64,000 nt of DNA, taken from assembly GCA_019057815.1 (NCBI GenBank), contig JAHLWR010000011.1, positions 1-64,000 of the forward strand, written 5' to 3'. The position numbers and the translations under genes are program-made. The notes under the pieces were generated by a model. The model made no database searches, was not told where the DNA came from, and was given only the letters and a program-made list of their open reading frames with translations. The DNA is from Candidatus Heimdallarchaeota archaeon. Lineage in GTDB: Archaea; Asgardarchaeota; Heimdallarchaeia; Heimdallarchaeales; Heimdallarchaeaceae. Positions 55,839-64,000 of the stretch are shown in pieces. Each line of letters opens with the position of its first letter. The stretch's first letter is position 1.

Positions 55839-57734
55839 TTACTTCTTCTTCTTTCGCTTAATTCTTAATCCTACATACATTACAGGCACAGCAAATAGAA
55901 TGTAATTTAATTCTCCATGATATTCAGAGATTATTATGATTAATGGTTCTTCAAGTGGATAAGTATCATTAGATCTTGCTGCACCATCAATTGTGTAATT
56001 TCCTAATTCACTCCAGTCTGACCAATAATTTCCTTCTAGAGTAATTGTGTCGTACCAGATGTTGTTTGTTCCTTCATCATATGCTTGACTTGAAGTTCCA
56101 CCATTTTCAGTGAAAGTGTTATGGTGAATAACGTTATTTGCTGAAGCAGAGTCCACATACAAAGCGTAAGCATAATTTGCATGAAAAATATTGTATGTTA
56201 CGTTTGTATTAGTACAACTATAGAGTATTGTTCCAGTAGCAGAACTACCTCCGGTACCAAAAGCTATTGAATTATTGGTTATGATTCCATAAGAAGTACC
56301 TTGAAATCTGCTATTATACCATGAATTTCCAAACAGAGTGTTATTTATAACTTTAAAATCTGTAACACTGTTGAGCAAATATATTCCAAATTGGTTATTA
56401 CTAGCAAAATTATCCTTAATTATTATATCATTGCTGGAAATTGCATAAATTCCACCGTAGTTTCTATTGTTACTACATGTATTGTTCTGTATGAAAATCG
56501 AAGAAGAATGTGTAAAATAGATACTTCCATAGTTATTCGCATTAAAGTCATTATTAGTTATATTAATCGAATTACAATATCGAAAAATTAAAGCTCTACT
56601 TGTATCCATAATATGAACATTCGATATACTAATGTTTGAACAATAAGCCATGATGATTTGTCCATAGAAGTCTCCAGAGATAGTTGCATCAATAAGATCT
56701 CTGAAAAATCCTAAAGGTTTGTCATTCACCGTGTTATTTTCAACATTTAGTTCATCATACACTGCTAAATCTCCTGGTGCGGAAATATCAAAACCATCTT
56801 TTGTTAATGTGTTGTTGACAATTATTGTTCGTGCAGCTAGTTCGTTGTTAATCCCTTCCCATCTGTTATAGTATAATGTATTATTGATTATGGAATTATC
56901 TGCTCCCCCTTGCAAATAGATTCCTCTACGACTATTATCATGAATGTAATTGAAATTTACAGTTGTATCAACAGAATACTTGATGTAAATTCCGTAATAT
57001 CCATTGCTGTAACATTCATTATCAATTACCTTACAATTATCTGCATTATCAACATAAATACCATATTGTGTATTGCCCCAACACATATTTTCAATCAATG
57101 TAGTATTAGCTGATTTAGTCCATATCCCGTGTTGTGTGTTAGAGTAGAACTTGTTCAAACTGAAAATTGAATGTGCTGACCCTTCAACATAAACCCCATT
57201 AGCTTGATATGCACAAGTGTTGTTTGTTACAATGGTATATGGTGAAAATTCTAAGAAAATCCCATCGGAATTATCGTTGCAGATATTTTCTGTGATATTT
57301 ACATAAGTAGTATCGCTGATTCTAATTCCATGCCCACTACCAGTACAAGTATTATTGTAAATCGTTGCTGTACCATCAGCAACATTGTCTATACAAATAC
57401 CACTGCCAAAAGCTTCTAATGTACAATTACGAATGGTAAAATATTTTGTTGTACCAGTAATATATATCCCATAATATTCAGTAGTCTCAATGTCATAATT
57501 TTCAATTATGTATGGTGATTCTGGTTCTCCTGTCCCCGAAGAACTATTTCCTGCTAAATCGTCATCATTAGTTATGTAAAGACGTTCATCTGAAGACAGA
57601 TTTTTATTTGGATAAAGATTAGCGCTAGAATCTTCAGCGGATATCTCAGTCAGAACTAATGTAATCGACGCAGTGCTAAGAAGAATCAAAATAATAATTA
57701 AAACTTTTAGATTTTTTTTAGTAATGTTTCTCAT
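55839..57734 (-). CDS. Secreted parallel beta-helix (NosD/CASH) repeat protein, paralog of 49651-52089
   Basis: GTGEPESPYIIE, NNTVNDKPLGFF, SQAYDEGTNNIWYD.ITLEGNYW; C-terminal TM + KRKKKK. Confidence 0.85.
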   Translation of the reverse strand: MRNITKKNLKVLIIILILLSTASITLVLTEISAEDSSANLYPNKNLSSDERLYITNDDDLAGNSSSGTGEPESPYIIENYDIETTEYYGIYITGTTKYFTIRNCTLEAFGSGICIDNVADGTATIYNNTCTGSGHGIRISDTTYVNITENICNDNSDGIFLEFSPYTIVTNNTCAYQANGVYVEGSAHSIFSLNKFYSNTQHGIWTKSANTTLIENMCWGNTQYGIYVDNADNCKVIDNECYSNGYYGIYIKYSVDTTVNFNYIHDNSRRGIYLQGGADNSIINNTLYYNRWEGINNELAARTIIVNNTLTKDGFDISAPGDLAVYDELNVENNTVNDKPLGFFRDLIDATISGDFYGQIIMAYCSNISISNVHIMDTSRALIFRYCNSINITNNDFNANNYGSIYFTHSSSIFIQNNTCSNNRNYGGIYAISSNDIIIKDNFASNNQFGIYLLNSVTDFKVINNTLFGNSWYNSRFQGTSYGIITNNSIAFGTGGSSATGTILYSCTNTNVTYNIFHANYAYALYVDSASANNVIHHNTFTENGGTSSQAYDEGTNNIWYDTITLEGNYWSDWSELGNYTIDGAARSNDTYPLEEPLIIIISEYHGELNYILFAVPVMYVGLRIKRKKKK

Positions 57735-57823
57735 AAAATCCCTATATAAAGAAAGTTATTTGAATATTTAATATTTTCCCGAGCAATACTCTAATTCTCT
57801 CCATTTACCATCAAGTGTAACCC

Positions 57824-58006
57824 ATGTCTGTTGAGTTAACAAATTTCAGAAAATTCAACAAATCTGAGAAAATGTCTAATTGGTTTACCTTTCACAAATT
57901 TTTCAAGGATTGGAAACCTGAGATAATAATAGAAACAATTTTTGAAGAACTCCCAGAAAATGAGATTAGAAAGAAAATTGATGAATTGGAAATTATCCTT
58001 ATATAG
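57824..58006 (+). CDS. Small hypothetical protein
   Basis: 60-aa ORF upstream of hydrolase; no motif recognised. Confidence 0.35.
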   Translation: MSVELTNFRKFNKSEKMSNWFTFHKFFKDWKPEIIIETIFEELPENEIRKKIDELEIILI

Positions 58007-58032
58007 ATGTAACTTCTCTATTTTCTGATAAT

Positions 58033-59583
58033 ATGGTAATTGTGGAATTCTCTGTTCCTGTACATATGCGGGATAATATAAAACTTTCAACAATTGTTAT
58101 AAAACCAGAAAAGAGTGGGCAATATCCTCTTTTTCTTTTACGCACTCCTTATAGCGCAAAGAAAATATTTACAACAGGTAAGATGGTATCAGAGCAGTTT
58201 AACTCTGTAATTGTTTTACAAGACTGCAGGGGGAGATATGATTCAGAAGGGGTATTCAGAGTTTGTGATGAAAAAGAAGATACATTGGATACAATAAGAT
58301 GGATAAAGCAACAAGAGTGGTTTAATGGCGAATTACATATTTTTGGTCCTTCTTATTTGGGGTATGTAGCATTACAAATATTGGATGAAGACATCAATAT
58401 TAAAACAATTTTCGCTCCAACAGTTCTCGGTAGTCTGAAAGATTCTATCTATCGAGGAAATGTCCTTCAATATCATTGGGCTCTCCCTTGGACAATAATG
58501 ACTTCAACAAGAGTCCAATCTTCTCTTACTTTAGTGAACGGAAAATGGCCTGAAGTTTACAAAGATGTTTATAAAAAAGATATTAGTCTTGCTGTTCATG
58601 ATTTAGGTTGGCCTGATCAAATTTGGAAATATTTTCTCACACCCTTAGATAATCCATCATGGGATAAACATGATCTTACATTTAATCAACCTACAGATAC
58701 TAGAATTTGTTTAATTGGGGCTTGGTTCGATTTCTTGCTAAATAGTACACTTAAAACCTACGAAGATTTACTTCAAGCAGGAGGAGAGAAGCCAGATTTG
58801 ATACTCGGACCATGGAGTCATAATGGTTACCTTGCAAGCCAAGCAGGCGTCGAGAGTTGGGAATTTGGGATTGAAGGAAAAAGTAACTTTCTTTTGGATA
58901 TGAAGGAGCTATTGGAAAGAGAAAGAAATAATGATTCACAGATAATTAAAGCGTTTATTCTTCGTGCTAATAAGTGGGTGAATTTAGATTCTTGGCCACC
59001 TAATTCCATAACAGAAAAAAAATTCTATTTAGATGTAAACCAAGAGCTTTCCGAGGAACCATCAAAGAAAGAATTTACTGAGCTTCCAATTGAAGTTGAT
59101 CTTGAGAATCCTGTTCCGACTCTTGGAGGTAATGTTTGGGAATCTTACCCTCCAATTGAACCAGGACCTGTTGACCAAAGTCCTCTGTTGGATAGAACAG
59201 ATATTTTGCAGTTTTACACCGAACCACTTGAACAAAGTTTTACTATTTTGGGGCCAATGTCTGTTGATCTTTGGATAAAAACAGATGTACCTGAAACTCA
59301 TTTCACTGCAAAACTAGTAGTAGTTGATGCTGAAAATGAGCATAAAATTTTTCAGGATGGCATTTTGCAAATAATAGGACCAACTGAAGCTTTTGTAAAA
59401 ATAACTATTGATTTATTAGCAACAGGGATTAAGATTTATAGGAATGAGAGAATAGGTTTAGAAATTAGTTGGTCTAACTTCCCAAAATTCGCTTTGCCCA
59501 ATCTTAACGGAAAAACAACTCAGAAGGTTTTGATATCAAGGAATAAAGAATCTATCTTGAAAATACCAATAATTAATTGGTAG
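58033..59583 (+). CDS. CocE/NonD-family hydrolase
   Basis: MRDNIKL, RTPY, QDCRGRYDSEG, GPSYLG, GAWFD, GPWSH, SNFP. Confidence 0.92.
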   Translation: MVIVEFSVPVHMRDNIKLSTIVIKPEKSGQYPLFLLRTPYSAKKIFTTGKMVSEQFNSVIVLQDCRGRYDSEGVFRVCDEKEDTLDTIRWIKQQEWFNGELHIFGPSYLGYVALQILDEDINIKTIFAPTVLGSLKDSIYRGNVLQYHWALPWTIMTSTRVQSSLTLVNGKWPEVYKDVYKKDISLAVHDLGWPDQIWKYFLTPLDNPSWDKHDLTFNQPTDTRICLIGAWFDFLLNSTLKTYEDLLQAGGEKPDLILGPWSHNGYLASQAGVESWEFGIEGKSNFLLDMKELLERERNNDSQIIKAFILRANKWVNLDSWPPNSITEKKFYLDVNQELSEEPSKKEFTELPIEVDLENPVPTLGGNVWESYPPIEPGPVDQSPLLDRTDILQFYTEPLEQSFTILGPMSVDLWIKTDVPETHFTAKLVVVDAENEHKIFQDGILQIIGPTEAFVKITIDLLATGIKIYRNERIGLEISWSNFPKFALPNLNGKTTQKVLISRNKESILKIPIINW

Positions 59584-59772
59584 ATTTACCTTCTTCTCTC
59601 TTACTTCATCAATTCAACAAGAATTCTTGATGATCCACTAAGAGTTTATTGGATAATTCAATAGGATTTTTCCAGTAAATTTTCTCTAGAACTTCTTTTG
59701 GCAAAGAAAAACCCATCGATTTTTGTGCTATATTAATACTCAATTATTATTAATAATAACGTAAAAACAGAT

Positions 59773-60831
59773 TTAATTTTCCTTTTTCTTCTTCATAATT
59801 GGATTTAGTAACCATAGAGCCCATATAAAAACACTGAAAATAAAGGGTGAAGTAGTTATTTCGGAGGTTGAAGATAATGAGAATTCGATTGTGTCCTCTA
59901 TGACTACATGTTCAAGATTGTTATCAAAAACTAATGTTTCAACTTTAATACCGTTCTCTGTCACTGTAATATTACAATAATGATATTCTGCAAAGTATTT
60001 ATCTTCTTCTTCAGCTTGATCTGTTTCAGTAGGAAAGTAAAGTGGGGCTCCTGCTCCTCCAGTTGTTATATGAGTAACTCCTTCTCTTGTTGTTCTGTAG
60101 TAGTAATGATCATGACCCGAGAAAACCAAATCAACTCCATACTCTATTAGAATGGGTTCTAGAACTTTTCTTATCTCTATTGCGTCATTAACTCGTCCTT
60201 CACTCCGAACAGAATAGCATGGACGATGGAACATAGCTACTGTAAAATCTTTGGAGTTAGCTTTTAGGTCATCAACAATCCAGTCTTCTTGCTCTAGAGT
60301 GAGCTCAAGAGAGCCTTCCCAATATTCATCAGTATTTATTATTATAAAATGTATTTGATTAAAATTAAAACTATAATATTTTTCATTTCCTGGCATTTCT
60401 ACGTTAGCTAAATAAGTTGCAAAATCCATCTCTCTTGGGCCATAAGAACCATCTGGAAGATTATAAGTGTACATCTCGTGATTCCCTACAGCATAATAAA
60501 ATTGTATGTTGTTTTGGATTGCTAAGTCTATATCTTCGTAATATTTATTCCAATCATCTTGTTCGCCGCCATTCTGAACCATATCTCCGCTATGTAATAT
60601 GAATTCTAGATTAGGATTGTTTTGAATTACACTTTCGGTTACGTTTCTTCTATAAATGTTTGTAGAATTTGGTTCCCAATTACGAGTATCTCCTAGAGCT
60701 ATGAAATACCAGGGATCAAAAGATTCATCTGCTGCGTTTATTACCCATGAGTTATTTTGGGTTAAAGTAAATAGAGAAGATAGCAAGAATAGGTAAAAAA
60801 GATAGAAAGTCACCATTTTTCTATGCATCAA
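59773..60831 (-). CDS. Secreted calcineurin-like metallophosphoesterase (purple acid phosphatase-like)
   Basis: GDTR, GDMV, GNHE, FHRP, GHDH; C-terminal TM. Confidence 0.92.
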   Translation of the reverse strand: MMHRKMVTFYLFYLFLLSSLFTLTQNNSWVINAADESFDPWYFIALGDTRNWEPNSTNIYRRNVTESVIQNNPNLEFILHSGDMVQNGGEQDDWNKYYEDIDLAIQNNIQFYYAVGNHEMYTYNLPDGSYGPREMDFATYLANVEMPGNEKYYSFNFNQIHFIIINTDEYWEGSLELTLEQEDWIVDDLKANSKDFTVAMFHRPCYSVRSEGRVNDAIEIRKVLEPILIEYGVDLVFSGHDHYYYRTTREGVTHITTGGAGAPLYFPTETDQAEEEDKYFAEYHYCNITVTENGIKVETLVFDNNLEHVVIEDTIEFSLSSTSEITTSPFIFSVFIWALWLLNPIMKKKKEN

Positions 60832-60990
60832 TATTTTCTCCTCAATGTTACATTTTACAAGTCAAGCAGTAAGATTTACATCTAAAAAGGTGTTGCTCAC
60901 AAATATAAAAGATATTTTCAACAAAATTTAAATAGCTTTTTTATCATAGAGAATATTTAGTTTAATATCTACAAACAAAGGAGGAATTTT

Positions 60991-61812
60991 ATGCAAAAAA
61001 AATCTATAATTATTATATCACTCTTGGTTATCTCATGTTTTACATCTTCTTACACAAGTGTTACAGCAATTAATGGTGAATTACTTGACTTTACCTTTTC
61101 TGATAAAGTATCAGTTGGGACGGAATTAAGTTGGCAGTTAACCAAATTTGATGTCTCTCCTGTTTCTGAAATAGAAAACTTTGAATGGGAAGTAACGACA
61201 GGTCACGCTTTGCAAGAAGGTGATTTATTCAAGATTGTTATCACTACTAATCCAGATACTCTGAACATAACAGACTTTGCAGAGATATTTTATACTAATT
61301 TAGAATGGGCTGAATTCTATATTAACGATGACTTACTCACCACCAACGCCACAGATGTGTCATGGGGAGGTTTTGGAGAAAGTAACTTAATAATGTTATA
61401 TATACTACCTGTAACCATTGAAAGCTCTATTGGTGGTGTAGAAAATACTTTTGAGGCTTTGAATGAAGAATTTGAAAGTTCTGAGTATAGTGATAGCTCA
61501 GGCAAATATGAAGTAACACTCAACGATAACAGTTTTGTAATCAAAGCTGAAGAACATGCTAGTGGGTCATTTGCTTTTGGTGGATCATTTTCTTATGATT
61601 CATATGTTGAAATTGCTTATGATACCACTTGGGGGATTTTATCCAAATTAGATATTGAATCAAAAATTAAAGAAGGTTCGGTAAGTACAAGAGCTCACTG
61701 GGTTCTCGAAAGCACTGTTGAAGGAGTAATAATACCTGCACCATTTAATTGGTTTTATGGGATGATAGGAATACTGATTCTAGGACTAGCATATGTGGCA
61801 AAAAGGAAGTAA
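60991..61812 (+). CDS. Secreted acidic protein with C-terminal TM anchor
   Basis: Signal peptide, GGAGG SD, APF..TM..KRK tail. Confidence 0.8.
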   Translation: MQKKSIIIISLLVISCFTSSYTSVTAINGELLDFTFSDKVSVGTELSWQLTKFDVSPVSEIENFEWEVTTGHALQEGDLFKIVITTNPDTLNITDFAEIFYTNLEWAEFYINDDLLTTNATDVSWGGFGESNLIMLYILPVTIESSIGGVENTFEALNEEFESSEYSDSSGKYEVTLNDNSFVIKAEEHASGSFAFGGSFSYDSYVEIAYDTTWGILSKLDIESKIKEGSVSTRAHWVLESTVEGVIIPAPFNWFYGMIGILILGLAYVAKRK

Positions 61813-61913
61813 AGTGAAATATTAACAAGCTCTTTTTTCTTTTTTTTTGTTAATATTAAAGGATGCAAGAGTAAAAGTTAAATTCGGTAGCGATATATTT
61901 AGAATGAGATATA

Positions 61914-62090
61914 ATGTCCGTGAAAAGACCAGATTCTTTTGTGTGTAATCAATGTGGTTTGAATTTTAATGATGAAGACAAGAAAGTTTTGAAAGAAATA
62001 GTAGATGGCATTTATGCTTCAAAAACCGTGTGTCCCAAATGTTTTTCAGCTGATATTCGAACTACCATTATTGGATCAAGTGAAGAGTAA
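61914..62090 (+). CDS. 58-aa zinc-ribbon protein (not in ORF track)
   Basis: MSVKRPDSFVCNQCG...VCPKCFSADIRTTIIGSSEE. Confidence 0.7.
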   Translation: MSVKRPDSFVCNQCGLNFNDEDKKVLKEIVDGIYASKTVCPKCFSADIRTTIIGSSEE

Positions 62091-62159
62091 CAAATTGTAT
62101 TACTAGGATAGTCTCACCATCTTACAGATTTTCTTTTTCTATAAATCAATCACTAGATT

Positions 62160-62351
62160 ATGCGTATCGGAACATCAGTCGATGAAATGAATATTGTTGA
62201 AGAGATGAATCTTGTTATTTCAAGGATGGATAGTCAGCTTCAAGGTCTAAACAAAGAATTAGATAAGATTCTAAAAGAGTACCCACGTTATTTGAGCAAA
62301 AAAACAAGCAACTTGTCTAAAGAGCTAAGAAAATATAAAAACGCCATATAA
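62160..62351 (+). CDS. Small helical hypothetical protein
   Basis: 63-aa amphipathic ORF. Confidence 0.4.
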   Translation: MRIGTSVDEMNIVEEMNLVISRMDSQLQGLNKELDKILKEYPRYLSKKTSNLSKELRKYKNAI

Positions 62352-62521
62352 TCCTAATCTAATACTCATTTATATGCTCTCTAACAAAGAATCATTTCGT
62401 AATCTATTTATTTTCTTTAGTTTAGTGGTAAATAGCTATTGACATCATTTTGTTTTGTTTACCTTCAATTCAAAGAAACAAGTTTATATTATCTAATGAA
62501 ATTGTTTTTTAAACCACTCTT

Positions 62522-63523
62522 GTGAATTTTATGAAGGAAGTAAAGATCCAGATTCCAACTGAAAAGATGGATGTTGTAGTAGAACTTTTTGATAAGCTTG
62601 GTATTAGAAGTTCAACTTTGATTCATGAAGAAAATGCGACGATAACTACAGTTGTGGAAACTAATCAAACTGCAACCTTGCTTGAAGAGTTGAAAGGTCT
62701 TGGTATTGGTGCTGTCTTTGGTAGTATTCATCTTTCTCCTGTAGATTTAGAAATTGATTCAACACCTGAAAAACTTGTGATTAAGAGCAGTAGTATAAGT
62801 ATCGATGAAATGGTTTTTACAATCAAGGGATTAGCTATTATTTCACCAACTTTTCTAGTATTATGTATAATAGCCGGAGCTCTAGCTTCTTTCGGACTGA
62901 TTTATGATAATGTAGTTATCATCATTGCAAGTATGATAATTGCTCCTTTACTTGGACCTATAGCTTTAGCTGTTATTGGTACAATGATTACGAAAAACAT
63001 CTATAGTAAACGTGCTTTTCTTGCGGAAGCAGTTGGTCTAGGAACATGTATTTTAATAGGAGCCTTGGTAGGTTTAGTGTTTTCAGGGAAGTTAACATCT
63101 ATACCTGAGGGTAGTCAGATTGGGATAAGAACAACTCCAGGAATAGGGGACATTGTTTTTGCAATTCTAAGCGGTTTGGCTGCTGGAATATTCATAGTTA
63201 GAGGAGAAAGTACGAATATAGTTGGTGTTGCAGTAGCTGCATCATTATGTCCTCCAGCAACAAATGTTGGAGTCCTTTTAAGTAATGAATACTGGACAGA
63301 AGCATTTGGTTCTATTATTCTTCTAGTTTTAAACGTAATAGCCATTTATTCAGCATGTGCGATTATTTTCTGGACATCTCAATCACTTGTACGAGGGGGG
63401 TCTGTATCAAAAAGACAATTCAGACAAATAAGTCGAAAATACATAGTGCGAATAACTTTAGCTGTTTTAAGTCTTGTCGCAATTATACTATTGATAATAT
63501 TTGTATATGAAATACCGGGTTAA
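62522..63523 (+). CDS. TIGR00341/DUF389-family membrane protein
   Basis: IIASMIIAPLLGP, RT.P, VGVAVAASLCPP, NVIAI. Confidence 0.9.
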   Translation: MNFMKEVKIQIPTEKMDVVVELFDKLGIRSSTLIHEENATITTVVETNQTATLLEELKGLGIGAVFGSIHLSPVDLEIDSTPEKLVIKSSSISIDEMVFTIKGLAIISPTFLVLCIIAGALASFGLIYDNVVIIIASMIIAPLLGPIALAVIGTMITKNIYSKRAFLAEAVGLGTCILIGALVGLVFSGKLTSIPEGSQIGIRTTPGIGDIVFAILSGLAAGIFIVRGESTNIVGVAVAASLCPPATNVGVLLSNEYWTEAFGSIILLVLNVIAIYSACAIIFWTSQSLVRGGSVSKRQFRQISRKYIVRITLAVLSLVAIILLIIFVYEIPG

Positions 63524-63635
63524 CAATTATTCCAAAGCAAATTTAACTTCTTCAGTTAAATCATTGAGTTCTGATTTTCTTGAATATAGAAGTAAAAAGT
63601 TTTTAAATGATTGTTCTTTTGTTTGCATACATAAA

Positions 63636-63810
63636 GGTGACATAAAGGATGGATCGTGAAATTCCGTTCAGAAAATAGTTTTTACGCTGTTAGTGAATAT
63701 TTGGTTAGTTTTGTCACCCTCCAACGAAGATTAGAAACACTTTTCTGTTATGACTTGAATATAGTATCAGCTTCAAATCTATATTCTCTATTCAAAACAG
63801 AAGGGTGTTC
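63636..63810 (+). ncRNA. Candidate structured 5' leader RNA
   Basis: Stems 63636-42/63712-18, 63736-49/63796-809, 63757-64/63779-86; TATA-like ttttaaat at about 63601. Confidence 0.45.
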
Positions 63811-63845
63811 TTACAAAGACTCTAAACATTTAGGAGGAGTATTCC

Positions 63846-64000
63846 ATGACTAATTCAAGTAAAAGCGAAATGAAGAAGGAGCTTAAGAAAACTTCTCAAG
63901 AGTTACATAAATTCTTGAAGCAACGAGATTTTTCCAGTTTTGAGAAGAAAATAGTAGATTATTGGTCAAAAAATGACATTTTTGCCAAGTTACGTGAGAA
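63846..64000 (+). CDS. Partial gene: N-terminus of a class Ia aminoacyl-tRNA synthetase, probably IleRS
   Basis: GGAGG SD; MTNSSKSEMKK...RDFSSFEKKIVDYWSKNDIFAKLRE resembles the IleRS/ValRS E..I..FW...IF block. Confidence 0.6.
   Translation, partial: MTNSSKSEMKKELKKTSQELHKFLKQRDFSSFEKKIVDYWSKNDIFAKLRE

Noticed and set aside
44566-57734. tRNA-anchored prophage or integrative element
   Set aside because: No integrase, viral genes or duplicated tRNA 3' end seen
893-63345. Many 60-150 aa ORFs antisense to or nested in well-supported genes (e.g. 5586-5876, 19168-19380, 34354-34773, 48393-48842, 53041-53502)
   Set aside because: Shadow ORFs with no motifs or SD support
63656-63853. 65-aa ORF before the probable ileS
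   Set aside because: No motif; region better explained as a structured leader, though not excluded

Overview
This is an AT-rich archaeal chromosome segment, most likely from an Asgard archaeon (Heimdallarchaeia-like). The assignment rests on Alba, NucS, tRNA-splicing endonuclease, RIO kinase and A1-U72 tRNA-Gln genes occurring with eukaryotic-signature proteins (actin-family genes, Arf-like GTPase-longin fusions, uDENN/gelsolin-like and CTL/SLC44-like proteins). Most of the window is housekeeping, metabolic or membrane genes. Highlights: (1) A duplicated cassette couples an AT-hook + bZIP-like coiled-coil gene to an actin gene, behind promoters bracketed by RTnnCGnnAY palindromes. One copy keeps a divergent actin; the other keeps only the two ends of a canonical Asgard actin joined at a 14-nt microhomology. 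(2) A chimeric glutaminyl-tRNA synthetase (archaeal GluRS-like N-domain + bacterial GlnRS body) lies near both tRNA-Gln genes. (3) An operon encodes Arf/Sar1-like GTPase-longin, pseudo-GTPase-longin and uDENN-gelsolin-like proteins. (4) One TnpB IS200/IS605 element and two short derivatives all have right ends that supply the stop codon of a host gene. (5) A KaiC-like ATPase is followed by an unannotated thioredoxin/KaiB-like gene. (6) Further oddities are probable non-canonical start codons, a circularly permuted family-5 substrate-binding protein, a P-type ATPase with a flippase-like M4 motif, and a structured leader before a probable ileS. All family calls come from reading motifs by eye; no database searches were run.
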